Source: a virus
Lineage: Duplodnaviria; Caudoviricetes
Length of the DNA stretch: 64,000 bases
Reading direction: 5' to 3' (one strand)
Virus record (IMG/VR): IMGVR_UViG_3300020331_000002
Shown: positions 1 to 9,793 of the stretch, piece by piece
Numbering within the stretch: position 1 is the first letter of the stretch
How the letters are laid out: each line of letters opens with the position of its first letter
Made by a program: the position numbers and the translations under genes
Notes under the pieces: model-generated
Databases searched by the model: none
What the model was told of the DNA's origin: nothing
What the model saw: the letters and a program-made list of their open reading frames with translations, nothing else

Positions 1-668
1 AGTTTTTCAGTAAGGATAAAAAACCACACGTTGTTAGCCGCTACGCTACCCGCCTCAAGCACAACAAGAAGCTGATTCTCAGAACCGGTGTTGTTGGCTT
101 TTGTGGTGAGTTTTATCCCTACGCTTACGCTAACATCATGGACTATTTCGATCACGACTACGAATCCGGCGAGTACTTTTATTCGTACGATGAGTTGGTT
201 GAATTCATACGTGGTTATTTTCCTGATTATGTTAAGCGCGTCAAGGGAATTGATCTACTAGATATACCGAACGAGATTCATCGCTGGCACGCTGACGAAT
301 TACATGAACATTTTATCGGAAAATACACCAAGCTTGAGTCGATATTCAGGGATCGTGGAATAGCGTACTTTGATATATCACCTAACCAATCGTACCATTA
401 CGGTGTTGGGTTCGTTAAGTACCCCGAACTTAAGAAGCTTAATTTTGCACGCGTGGTTGACCCGTTTACTGCGTTCCAGAAGATAGAGCAGTTTATTACC
501 GGTGTGCTAGGTGTAGGTGAGCCCGAAACTGTAGAAATAGGTGATACATACAAGCGCGACGCAAAAGGCTTTGATGAGTGGAGTTTCAAAAACCAGCCGC
601 CCATGCCCGGTAAGAGTCGCAAAATACGCAAACAAAAACGTAAACTAAAAGGCCGCAACAATGGGTGA
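1..668 (+). CDS. conserved phage hypothetical protein, 5'-truncated (frame open from window start)
   Basis: Frame of ORF 138..668 has no stop back to position 3 (…GVVGFCGEFYP…); C-terminal DPFTAFQKIEQFITGVL…KGFDEWSFK. Confidence 0.7.
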   Translation, partial: FFSKDKKPHVVSRYATRLKHNKKLILRTGVVGFCGEFYPYAYANIMDYFDHDYESGEYFYSYDELVEFIRGYFPDYVKRVKGIDLLDIPNEIHRWHADELHEHFIGKYTKLESIFRDRGIAYFDISPNQSYHYGVGFVKYPELKKLNFARVVDPFTAFQKIEQFITGVLGVGEPETVEIGDTYKRDAKGFDEWSFKNQPPMPGKSRKIRKQKRKLKGRNNG

Positions 669-1035
669 TTTGATTTACGAGTATGAATTAGGTAAAGCAT
701 GGGCGAAATGCTACTTGGCTTCCTACTACGGGTGGTCAGACCGTAGCACCGGTGAAGACAAAGAGTTGTTTTTGATTTACAATGCTTTCCGTTCATCGAG
801 AGTAGTTTCTGTTAGGTTTTCACATGTTGATTGTCCGAATAGCCGCGATAATGCTACCAGTTTGGTATTACATCTTGGCCCGAGAACCGAAGACTTGATA
901 GAGGCTTTGCAAATAGAAATATTGCAAGGCCGTTGGCCACATGCTGGCATTACCAGCATAATCAAAATGATAAAGGCAGAATATGATAAACAATGTGGCA
1001 CTGAAGCCTGTGCGAGTCATAGTAGAGACGACTAA
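661..1035 (+). CDS. hypothetical protein
   Basis: ORF track; overlaps stop of upstream gene. Confidence 0.6.
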   Translation: MGDLIYEYELGKAWAKCYLASYYGWSDRSTGEDKELFLIYNAFRSSRVVSVRFSHVDCPNSRDNATSLVLHLGPRTEDLIEALQIEILQGRWPHAGITSIIKMIKAEYDKQCGTEACASHSRDD

Positions 1036-1420
1036 TGATTCTTTTAGTATCGATGCCTATGTCATTTACGAGGATGGCGCCGAGACATTAGCTCTAAGGA
1101 TTGATCGTGTTGAAGAGCGAGTGCTGTATGAGGAACTAGCGCGGTCAGTCGATTTAAGTGGTGACACTTCCTCGCTACTATATGTCGTGAACCACACCGC
1201 AGCTTATTTCGGGGAGGATTACGAGTTGTGGTGTAGTGCCCCGGCCTCTCCTGAACACTTCAGATATGCATCTCGCGGAATGCGTCTGGAACATATGTTG
1301 ATGAAAGCTGGACTAAAGAACCAATACAATAACGGCATAATATTGTTTGAAAACTGGCGCACTCCAGAACAGCGCGACGAGGCAGTGACTCTTTTAAAAT
1401 TACAGCACGGTGGCGTATAA
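983..1420 (+). CDS. hypothetical protein
   Basis: ORF track; start uncertain. Confidence 0.55.
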   Translation: MINNVALKPVRVIVETTNDSFSIDAYVIYEDGAETLALRIDRVEERVLYEELARSVDLSGDTSSLLYVVNHTAAYFGEDYELWCSAPASPEHFRYASRGMRLEHMLMKAGLKNQYNNGIILFENWRTPEQRDEAVTLLKLQHGGV

Positions 1421-1455
1421 AGTCTTGCGCTTAACCGACAGACGTGCTGTAATAA

Positions 1456-2229
1456 TTACCAATGTTTCCAGAACTGCCACCAGGGCGCTTTTTTCTTATC
1501 CGGTACACTGTCGGATGGTTCAGAGGGAGCGGGCTTTTCTGGTTCATCGTCTTGTGGCGGTTGTGTTTGCTCGACTATCTTCTCCTTGAAAACGATACTG
1601 TCGCTTTCTTGGTCGACGGCACGATCGCCACAAACCTCAATACCACCCCACCCGTCGTCTTTATACAAGTACTGCAAACTGAATATAATTTTACGCGGGT
1701 AATGACGGTTTTCTTCTTTAGCCCAATCAGCACGCGCACTCACATCCTCAACTGAGTTCCAGTATTGATCCCTGTTACCGCCTTGTTGTTCTACTAAGTT
1801 TTTCTCACGGAATATCCACCCAGCGCCGCCGTTATACGCTGCGAGACTAAAGCCGTAATCGTTACATTCGTCTATGGCAGAAATGCGCCTCTTTAAGTCG
1901 CCCATGTAAAGCGCTTGTGCCTTAATAGCCCATTTAGGGTTCATTACATCGCCGTCATCTAACTCGGGGAACTTGTTGTTGACATAGTCGCGAGTATCGT
2001 CAGTGAACTGTGATAGCCCACATGCATACGGCGAGCACACATCCGGACGCCATGTGCTTTCCTGGTGTATTTGTCCTGCTAGCATGCTGACAGGCGCGTC
2101 TAAGCCAAAGACGTATTGTGCTTCAGCTATCACAGAACGCTTATAACGGTAGGCGTTGTCCGGTATTGACTGTGCGTTTACTGCAAAGCACAGCACCGCC
2201 AGCGCACTAAATGCCCAGCGATACACCAA
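1456..2229 (-). CDS. lytic transglycosylase (SLT domain), probable endolysin with signal peptide
   Basis: GQIHQESTW catalytic Glu motif, GLSQF, LAAYNGGAG, ENRHYPRKI; hydrophobic N-terminus ending A-V-N-A. Confidence 0.9.
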   Translation of the reverse strand: MVYRWAFSALAVLCFAVNAQSIPDNAYRYKRSVIAEAQYVFGLDAPVSMLAGQIHQESTWRPDVCSPYACGLSQFTDDTRDYVNNKFPELDDGDVMNPKWAIKAQALYMGDLKRRISAIDECNDYGFSLAAYNGGAGWIFREKNLVEQQGGNRDQYWNSVEDVSARADWAKEENRHYPRKIIFSLQYLYKDDGWGGIEVCGDRAVDQESDSIVFKEKIVEQTQPPQDDEPEKPAPSEPSDSVPDKKKAPWWQFWKHW

Positions 2230-2524
2230 GTATTACCCCTACAATAATAACAGCTCTACGGATCATAGCGGATCCCGCTAGCTTGCTGAAAGTCGCGTGC
2301 CTATCAGTATCGATTGAGTCGCGCATGTCGGCAGCAATGTTGTGTGGCCTAAAGTTAGGAAACAACATCAAGTCAATGCCGTAGCCTAAGACCGCTGCTA
2401 TCGAAACAAGTGATAATTTATAAAGAACTAAAGGTACTTTGACTGGACTTAGTAATCCTATGGTTACTAATAATAGCAAAGTTACAACGATGAAAGTTAT
2501 TCGTCCTTGGTTAACTGGTCTCAT
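2207..2524 (-). CDS. putative 2/3-TM holin (Holin_2-3-like)
   Basis: VLGYGIDLMLFP…RP and AMIRRAVIIVGVILGVSLGI pattern; directly upstream of SLT gene; start taken at MRPVNQ. Confidence 0.75.
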   Translation of the reverse strand: MRPVNQGRITFIVVTLLLLVTIGLLSPVKVPLVLYKLSLVSIAAVLGYGIDLMLFPNFRPHNIAADMRDSIDTDRHATFSKLAGSAMIRRAVIIVGVILGVSLGI

Positions 2525-2621
2525 TATGTTATGCTCCTTTAAAAGACTATAATATTTAGTCACAAGTGGTTCTTAATATGGCACGCCCTGTGTGTCGCAC
2601 ACTAAGTAACCATTAAAAGAG

Positions 2622-2906
2622 GTGAATATGAAACATTTAGGAAGACTTGATCAATGGTTTCGTGTCGGCGTGGACGGCCCGGGAAAATCGGTTATATTCG
2701 GGGTAATCAGCGGTAGTGATGTTGCTGAAGATGGCGTGAGCTATTGCACTGGCGCAATACATATCCTTGATCACACAAAGGATTTAGCAATAACAGCCGA
2801 TGGCCATTTTACACTTGGCGACAAGAACGATGACGAGGCGATTCTTGACGAGATACTCAAGAGTTTTAAAATTTATGAACACAAGGATTCACTAACCTAC
2901 CTATGA
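2622..2906 (+). CDS. hypothetical protein
   Basis: ORF track, AGAGG RBS. Confidence 0.6.
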   Translation: MNMKHLGRLDQWFRVGVDGPGKSVIFGVISGSDVAEDGVSYCTGAIHILDHTKDLAITADGHFTLGDKNDDEAILDEILKSFKIYEHKDSLTYL

Positions 2907-3259
2907 ACTTGGAACCAAGTAACAGACGTATACTCTTAGAAGACTTAACACCTCCACTAGTGTTCGGATACGCATGGGGATTTTTTGGGTTATATGTCGA
3001 GATGTCTTTCGGCCCGTTTTTCACTGGCATGGGTGCCATAGTACTCGGATGCGTTGAATTGGCAAGGTATAGACGATCACGCCGCAAGCACTTGAAGCAA
3101 ATGCGCGACTTGGCTAATATTGCGAGAAAGTGTCACGGCAACACATCACTCTCGTATTCAGTCGACGACGGACAGTATTACCTGCACTCGCTAGAGTACG
3201 GGACAATATGGTTTGCTGACAGCGAAGGTCAGGGATTCTCTGTTTATAACCGTTTATAA
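2903..3259 (+). CDS. hypothetical membrane protein
   Basis: Two hydrophobic segments; ATGA overlap with upstream gene. Confidence 0.6.
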   Translation: MNLEPSNRRILLEDLTPPLVFGYAWGFFGLYVEMSFGPFFTGMGAIVLGCVELARYRRSRRKHLKQMRDLANIARKCHGNTSLSYSVDDGQYYLHSLEYGTIWFADSEGQGFSVYNRL

Positions 3260-3328
3260 AGTTTTCATCTTGAACGTTGACTTGGTAAAAACCGGTGTTA
3301 TTATGCGGTTTTTACCGGAGGGAATAAG

Positions 3329-3799
3329 ATGGAAAAGGCTAAGGCACTATTCAAAATTAAAGATCGCAATCTGATTGCCGATCTGGATGATACTGTTAGG
3401 CGCTTTGTGACGCGCAAACAAGATGTCAATATTGATGTGACTTGCTGTGAAGAAGTGGAAAGCATTAAAAAGAAGCTTAAGCCCTATCTTCCAGCAAGCG
3501 CACTTCGTTCACTTTATATGTATAGCCCGATGGATCTATCGCAGGGCGTCATCATACATGAAGACCGCGAGTTCGTCGAAAGCACACATCTAAAACCCAA
3601 CGCGTATGTTATTGTTACGCATGCAAGTGACGCACCATCAGCTGGGCCGGACAGCCCGTCTAGTCAACTAATCATTAATTCTGGCAGGCAGCTCTGTGAA
3701 TTAGCAGAAGGCCTCGCATTCAGGTTCAATGCAACAAAACAACACGGCCTGATCAACAATTCTACCTTACGTATGTTGGTCCTGTGGTTCGCTAAATAG
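3329..3799 (+). CDS. hypothetical protein
   Basis: GGAGG RBS; upstream TTGACT-16-TATTAT. Confidence 0.65.
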   Translation: MEKAKALFKIKDRNLIADLDDTVRRFVTRKQDVNIDVTCCEEVESIKKKLKPYLPASALRSLYMYSPMDLSQGVIIHEDREFVESTHLKPNAYVIVTHASDAPSAGPDSPSSQLIINSGRQLCELAEGLAFRFNATKQHGLINNSTLRMLVLWFAK

Positions 3800-3825
3800 T
3801 CACTAAAGCAGTAAGGTTTGAGTAT

Positions 3826-4074
3826 ATGTCACATTGTTGGATCAAGTCATCTAATATTACAAAAGCGCTCCATAATTTGAACTGGTTTAGAAACACAGGT
3901 AAAGTGCCCGTAATAGCCTGGGCAATTGATATGCCACTCGGTTGCCGCCATGTATTAATATACGAAGAAGGTAGCGACAAAATTAGAAAAGATCCGCATC
4001 GGTCCACACATAGATTTGAATTTGTGTCTGAAGATGAATTCAGGGATATTGTTGAAGAAAAGTTGTTATCCTAA
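3826..4074 (+). CDS. hypothetical protein
   Basis: ORF track. Confidence 0.5.
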   Translation: MSHCWIKSSNITKALHNLNWFRNTGKVPVIAWAIDMPLGCRHVLIYEEGSDKIRKDPHRSTHRFEFVSEDEFRDIVEEKLLS

Positions 4075-4118
4075 AATTCAGGTGTTATAGTTTGTTTAAC
4101 CACAAAAAGGATAATACT

Positions 4119-4247
4119 ATGAAAACTATATTACGATGGCTTGAGAATCTATCACCCTTTGCTTATATTGTATTACTCGCGGCATTAGCGGCCATTGGCA
4201 TGACAATCGGTAGCTTTATTTCGTTTTTTATTGCATCGGGGAATTGA
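4119..4247 (+). CDS. 42-aa small membrane protein (not in ORF track)
   Basis: AAGGA RBS; MKTILRWLENLSPFAYIVLLAALAAIGMTIGSFISFFIASGN; TTGTTA-17-TATAGT promoter just upstream (4062-4090). Confidence 0.6.
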   Translation: MKTILRWLENLSPFAYIVLLAALAAIGMTIGSFISFFIASGN

Positions 4248-4249
4248 GT

Positions 4250-4567
4250 ATGGAACCTGCTGTTATACAAGTACTGTTAATCGCGGCCGGTTTGTTCGTA
4301 GGCTTTGTGTTGGCCATGTCTGCACATCTTTGGCTTCCTAAGCTGTTTTGGGCTGTACTCAAGCGAATGCCTCTTGCTGCCGCCAAAAACACGGTAGTTG
4401 GTAATACCCCGGATCAACGTGCGCGAGAGTTTATTTGTAGAGTCGACGGATGTATAACTGTTGGGTCATACTACGGTATGGCACAAGCAACCTGCAGGCG
4501 CTGCGGGCATAAAAACGCATGTGCTGGCACACACGTTCCTGAATGGCGCGACCCATCACTGGAGTGA
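4250..4567 (+). CDS. membrane-anchored protein with Cys/His cluster
   Basis: N-terminal TM segment; CRRCGHKNAC. Confidence 0.55.
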   Translation: MEPAVIQVLLIAAGLFVGFVLAMSAHLWLPKLFWAVLKRMPLAAAKNTVVGNTPDQRAREFICRVDGCITVGSYYGMAQATCRRCGHKNACAGTHVPEWRDPSLE

Positions 4568-4631
4568 TTTAAAAAATACTAATCTTCGCCCTGCTCGTAC
4601 TAAATACCACTAAAAATAGTATGAGTATCAC

Positions 4632-7600
4632 ATGCAACGAATTCAAAATGTGGTTGCGCTCGGGACACCGGGCGAGCCTACCCCTATACCTGAAATTACA
4701 ATAGACGACGGCTCTGTCGTTGAAGGCTCCGGCACCGGCTCAACAATGCTAGTGTTTCCTATTCGCCTAACTGCGCCGTCTAATGCGTCAGTGCAAGTAT
4801 CATTTTCTACCGAAGTAACGGGTTCAGCTGCTAATGAAGCAACACCAGGCGACGACTATGATGCTGTATCCGGTGCTGTGTATACTATATCACCTGGACA
4901 AACTCAAGTAAATGCCATGGTCGCAATAAATCGTGACTTTGATGCAGAGTATGACGAATTTGTGCAAGCCCGTATCACATTTGTTTCCGGGCCCGGAAAC
5001 ACCACTATTGCTCGTAGCGTAGCCCGTGGCATTATCACAAATGATGATGGATCGATCGGCAACCCGTATACCGTTTCGCTATCTGGCAGCACAGTTACCG
5101 AGGGCGCACCCGGTGAGCATCCAAAATTAGAGTTTGTGGTTGATTTCGGCGCAGTGACTAACGTGCAGACAAGTTTTGACTTTGAAACACTACCAACCGG
5201 CACGGCTACTGAAGGTGTTGATTATCAGTATACCCAGACTACTGTGATCCACCCAAGCGGGTCTCGCTTTGCTTACGTGTATGTTGATATTATCGGCGAT
5301 GATGTTTTAGAAAGTGACGAGACTGTAGACGCCAGAATTTATAATTTAGTGGCGCCGACCGGTTCTACTATATCAGTAGACACCGCTACAGGTACAATAA
5401 GTGACAATGACGCGCCCTACGCTGTATCATTAGCTACTCACAGACCTTCAGAAACCGACAATGGCGCCGGGGTGTCTACTGCGATGTTCAGATTGATAGT
5501 ATCAGCACCAAACTACATCAGCGCGCCGAGGCGCTCGGGTGGCACGGTCAAATTTAGAACTCTGGATTCTGGCACAGCTACGCCGGGCGTTGACTTTGAG
5601 CCAGTCGATAATTATGTGGTGACTATCCCTGACGGATCAGTATATGCGTCTGATAGTATACCCGTTCGAATATACGGGGACTATAGCCCGGAGTCAGACG
5701 AAACGGTGGTTGGTGAAATATATGATTTGGACACTACTGATAACAGAGCGTTTATAGATACGGCACAAGCATCCGCAACTATTGTAGATAATGACCAGTA
5801 TGCGCCTTATCGTGTGGTACGAAGAAGTACATTGTATGATGAAGATGACGGGTCAGCTGTATTTCGCATAGAAAACACTAATCCGACCTCAAAGCCATTC
5901 GACGGTGCTACTGTTCAGATAACGTTTGAAACTTTTGTAAAAGGTGTTGCTAACGAAGCAGTACCGGGCACTGACTATGTGGCCAAGACCCAAACAGTTA
6001 CCTTTACTGATTCTTCTGCTACCTTTTTTGACATACCTGTTTCGCTTATAGACAACGAACAGTTAGATGGCAATAGGCAGTTATACGCAAGAATTAAAGA
6101 TATGGTTACTAACGATCCACGTGCTCAACTAGCATCAACCGAAACATACACGACCATACAAAACGAAGATACTGCATATTTTCCGTTACTGACAGGCTCT
6201 AGTCAGTCTGAGAGTTCGTCTAACTTGGTGTTTACTGTGCGAGCGTACTTCGAAGACGTGAACGGTAATTATGTTGGGTATAGTTCACCGCCTGAGCCTA
6301 TTACGGGTATGTTTAGAACGCTAGTACCAACACAAGCACAGATAGACAATCAGAACTATGCGGAGCCTGGCGTCGACTTTACGCCGGTAAATACCGGGTT
6401 CACTCTATCCGGATCGTCAGTTAACATAATTGTGCCTATTATTTCTGATCTTGACATTGAATCAACTGAATCTGTTATGGGTGAGATTTATAATATCCAG
6501 TCAGACTCACCTCGTGTTATAGTGGATAGAGTAGCAGACCACTCAGCTACTGGTACAATTACAAATGACGATCAACCAATTGTGTTTACTGTTGGTTACA
6601 CGGCATTAAATGTGTCTGAAGGCGATCCGGGCGATAACAGTAAAGCGAGATTCTACGTAACAAGTAACCGCGCTGTGGCGCCCGGTAAAACGATTAATGT
6701 GCGGTTGACTACAACGAGTAACGATCGTGGCTATACATACAGCGCAGGTGAAAGACTAGCAGTCGCAGGCGTTGACTACACTGCTATTGACCAAACACTG
6801 ACTTTTACTAATGCAGACGGTGTAGTAAGCGACTCAAGGAAGTTCGTTGATGTGCCTATTATCGACGACAACATAGAAGAAGAAGATGCGTTGGTGTTTG
6901 TCGAGATAGCAGAGATATCAGGCGACGACCCGCGCGGCGAAACTTCAACTAGTCGTGAATATGCTTGGGTACGTATTACAGACGAAGACTACCCGGCATT
7001 GCAAGTGACATGGCCTTACCCGGCTAATACTGGTGAAGAGTACTCCGCAAATCAACAACGAACGTTTTCTGAAGAAATAACAGTAAGCGGCGGTGACGGC
7101 AATTACTCCCATGTGTGGTATGTCGACAAGCCGTCACTAGTTACCGAGTTTAATGGTAATCTGCTTACTAACTATACCGTTCGTGTTAAAGAGTTCACAG
7201 GTGCAGACGAGCTCATAACAGTAGGGTTAGATGTTAGTTCCACTGACGGTCAAACGGTAACGAACACGACCACTATTACCGCACTATCGCTGGGCGCACC
7301 GATAACATATGATAGAATGACCGTTATAGAGAGCCCATGGGCTCCTGAATATGTGTTTGATATCGGCTCGCCTTATCGAAACACGCGGGTATCTGCAAGT
7401 AAGCCGCCATGGAGTACGCCACCTACGCCGTCTGATCCCAGTGAGGCAGCAACAGGCAGAGGCATAAGTGTTATTGAGTTTGACTCGGCCATTAACTTGC
7501 GTGCTGTCAAGTTCCTAGTAGGCGCCGACGGCGCAGGCGAACCGACTCGTTTCAGAGTAAGGTACTGGACAGGCACTGAATGGGCTATAGCACATGGCGG

Positions 7601-7745
7601 ATATTACTTTTCTCGGAATTCAGGAAATACCGTTCAAATTCTTCCACTTAACTCGGTGACTACTACTAAGATAGAGATAGCTACCGGCAACGTGCCATCA
7701 GGTACAGTTTTATATATGACATATATTGACATATATGGTACTTGA
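4632..7745 (+). CDS. Calx-beta repeat protein (probable virion surface/adhesin), possible C-terminal discoidin-like domain
   Basis: About five repeats of TAT(P)GxDY…I(I)xDxxxExDE…ATGTIxDND; upstream late promoter TACTAAATA. Confidence 0.85.
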   Translation: MQRIQNVVALGTPGEPTPIPEITIDDGSVVEGSGTGSTMLVFPIRLTAPSNASVQVSFSTEVTGSAANEATPGDDYDAVSGAVYTISPGQTQVNAMVAINRDFDAEYDEFVQARITFVSGPGNTTIARSVARGIITNDDGSIGNPYTVSLSGSTVTEGAPGEHPKLEFVVDFGAVTNVQTSFDFETLPTGTATEGVDYQYTQTTVIHPSGSRFAYVYVDIIGDDVLESDETVDARIYNLVAPTGSTISVDTATGTISDNDAPYAVSLATHRPSETDNGAGVSTAMFRLIVSAPNYISAPRRSGGTVKFRTLDSGTATPGVDFEPVDNYVVTIPDGSVYASDSIPVRIYGDYSPESDETVVGEIYDLDTTDNRAFIDTAQASATIVDNDQYAPYRVVRRSTLYDEDDGSAVFRIENTNPTSKPFDGATVQITFETFVKGVANEAVPGTDYVAKTQTVTFTDSSATFFDIPVSLIDNEQLDGNRQLYARIKDMVTNDPRAQLASTETYTTIQNEDTAYFPLLTGSSQSESSSNLVFTVRAYFEDVNGNYVGYSSPPEPITGMFRTLVPTQAQIDNQNYAEPGVDFTPVNTGFTLSGSSVNIIVPIISDLDIESTESVMGEIYNIQSDSPRVIVDRVADHSATGTITNDDQPIVFTVGYTALNVSEGDPGDNSKARFYVTSNRAVAPGKTINVRLTTTSNDRGYTYSAGERLAVAGVDYTAIDQTLTFTNADGVVSDSRKFVDVPIIDDNIEEEDALVFVEIAEISGDDPRGETSTSREYAWVRITDEDYPALQVTWPYPANTGEEYSANQQRTFSEEITVSGGDGNYSHVWYVDKPSLVTEFNGNLLTNYTVRVKEFTGADELITVGLDVSSTDGQTVTNTTTITALSLGAPITYDRMTVIESPWAPEYVFDIGSPYRNTRVSASKPPWSTPPTPSDPSEAATGRGISVIEFDSAINLRAVKFLVGADGAGEPTRFRVRYWTGTEWAIAHGGYYFSRNSGNTVQILPLNSVTTTKIEIATGNVPSGTVLYMTYIDIYGT

Positions 7746-7879
7746 TTTATGAATGAAAATGCCTTATTATAGATTCTAACAACAAGATTGGATAAAAAGT
7801 AAAAATTATCCAACGACAAAACAGAAAGCAAGTCCTAAGAGACTGCCAATAATAATAACAATAATAAGGCATTTTGCAC

Positions 7880-9157
7880 ATGACTGACAATACACCATAC
7901 GTACCCGATCCATCTGAGTTTGCATCCATGTTTTTAGGTGTGGCGATGAATTTAAAAGAGCGCCAAAAACAACAAGAGGCCGACTATGTTGATGTGTCTA
8001 AATTCATTACCATGAATGATCGTGATAATGATTTTGACATAACAAAACGATCGTCCATGCACTTCTTAGGACACGATGCCCCGAACGGTTATGATATCCT
8101 CCCGGCTGTTGATTTAGGCGGCCTAGCCAACACAGATAAAAACGGGTACGATATGTTTATGCAGGTAGATGGCAGAATTGTCCCGGCCGAATTAAAATCC
8201 ACATCACTTAGTCCGACTGACCGTAATAACGAATATTGCTTAGACGTAATGTCGCGACTATGCAAGCGTGTGGCATCCGGTGATTCATTTACGTTAGTGC
8301 CGCTTGAACAAGCACTAACTATCAGTTTTAAAATTAAAACCCACTCAACCATGATGCTGAAACACTGCGACTGTTACTTGTACTTATTTGACGGTGACGC
8401 TCGTTCAGATGTTATCCAAATTTGGAAAGTCGCTGGTGACCGCATCCTGGCATTCTTAGAAGAAAGACTTAACTTTGACAGCAAAGGACGTTTAAGAGGC
8501 GGATCCGGCGCGGTGAGTGTTCCTTTACAATTCTTCATAGACAACGGGTATGTAGTTCCGCCAATGTCAAGCAAGCAGTACGGTTGGGAGAATGCTCTTA
8601 GAGTATTACGCGAGCACTGTGACTATGACTTTAGAACAGACCAGCCAGGCCAGAAAAATGGCGAACAATTTATCAAGTATTTGTCACCGGCACTAGATAA
8701 AGAAACAAACGAAACATTTAAACAACTACTAGAGCACCGCGGTCCTACCGACTCCGAAACTAAGTTTGCAATTAACAAGCTACTTACTGAACGTGGTCTA
8801 GACACTAGTCGTGTAATTATGACGGTGGTTAACAAAACCAAAGACGGCAAACGTATGTACTTTATGTCCGGGGCACTACAAAAGAAAGGCAAGCCCGGCG
8901 ACGTGTTAATGATGCTTATGTACGAAGACATCTCCCAAAAAACATATATGGCGGTTGTACCACACCACGAGTATGTCACTACGTATAACGGCCGCTTGTA
9001 CCTTAATCAAGCCGACGGTACTTATGCACCTCGCCCAAGACAGTCTAAAAGGGGCGATACTCTTGAAATGTATAACTTTCTTGTAAAAGATGTACATGAC
9101 GCACTTGAAACAATTGAAGTGTATTTGAACGAAGAAGCGCCTGCTTCTGATAAATAA
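7880..9157 (+). CDS. putative PD-(D/E)xK nuclease
   Basis: GYD(x10)ELKST motif; otherwise unassigned. Confidence 0.45.
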   Translation: MTDNTPYVPDPSEFASMFLGVAMNLKERQKQQEADYVDVSKFITMNDRDNDFDITKRSSMHFLGHDAPNGYDILPAVDLGGLANTDKNGYDMFMQVDGRIVPAELKSTSLSPTDRNNEYCLDVMSRLCKRVASGDSFTLVPLEQALTISFKIKTHSTMMLKHCDCYLYLFDGDARSDVIQIWKVAGDRILAFLEERLNFDSKGRLRGGSGAVSVPLQFFIDNGYVVPPMSSKQYGWENALRVLREHCDYDFRTDQPGQKNGEQFIKYLSPALDKETNETFKQLLEHRGPTDSETKFAINKLLTERGLDTSRVIMTVVNKTKDGKRMYFMSGALQKKGKPGDVLMMLMYEDISQKTYMAVVPHHEYVTTYNGRLYLNQADGTYAPRPRQSKRGDTLEMYNFLVKDVHDALETIEVYLNEEAPASDK

Positions 9158-9183
9158 AAACTATAAAAAGAAGGAAACTGAAA

Positions 9184-9456
9184 ATGTCAGACGAAAGACC
9201 AAATGTACGCCACTATAACCAGGAAGACAAGGAGCGCCTCAAAAAGCTGGTTAGAGAAGGGGTAGCGGTGAAACAAGAAGTTAAGGACCTTAACGACGGT
9301 TTAGCCGACGCGGTGAAGGCAGTTGCTGAGGAACTAGACATTCCTGCATCGCAGCTGAAGAAAGCGATTACTATTGCGCACAAACAGAACCTAAGTGATG
9401 AGCGTGCTAAGTTTGAAGAAGTCGAAGACATCTTAGAAACTATAGGATTCAAGTAA
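9184..9456 (+). CDS. dsbA: T4 DsbA-like dsDNA-binding protein
   Basis: 90-aa helical protein: KQEVKDLNDGLADAVKAVAEELDIPASQLKKAITIAHK. Confidence 0.7.
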   Translation: MSDERPNVRHYNQEDKERLKKLVREGVAVKQEVKDLNDGLADAVKAVAEELDIPASQLKKAITIAHKQNLSDERAKFEEVEDILETIGFK

Positions 9457-9457
9457 A

Positions 9458-9793
9458 ATGAGCCAAGACACACAACACACTCTTATCAGTACTGCTGAAG
9501 AAATTGAATCGAACCAAGAAGCTGCGGCATTTGCGAGCAAGCTTTACAGCGACAACGATGACTCTACTGTTGATATTGACTTAACTTTCGATACTCAACG
9601 AGTTCTTATCGCGACAAAGCTGAGCGAATTAATTAGTGAGACATCACGGCGACATTTCGTTAGCCAGCTACAGAAACATGGTGATGTGTGTCTTGCAGCC
9701 GGTGAAGCCATACTAAACGAAGGCATCATCGACACACTACAAGCCGCAATTGACCACGGTGTATTTGACACAGACGAAGGCAGCGAAGAATGA
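9458..9793 (+). CDS. hypothetical acidic protein
   Basis: ORF track, tightly packed operon. Confidence 0.6.
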   Translation: MSQDTQHTLISTAEEIESNQEAAAFASKLYSDNDDSTVDIDLTFDTQRVLIATKLSELISETSRRHFVSQLQKHGDVCLAAGEAILNEGIIDTLQAAIDHGVFDTDEGSEE

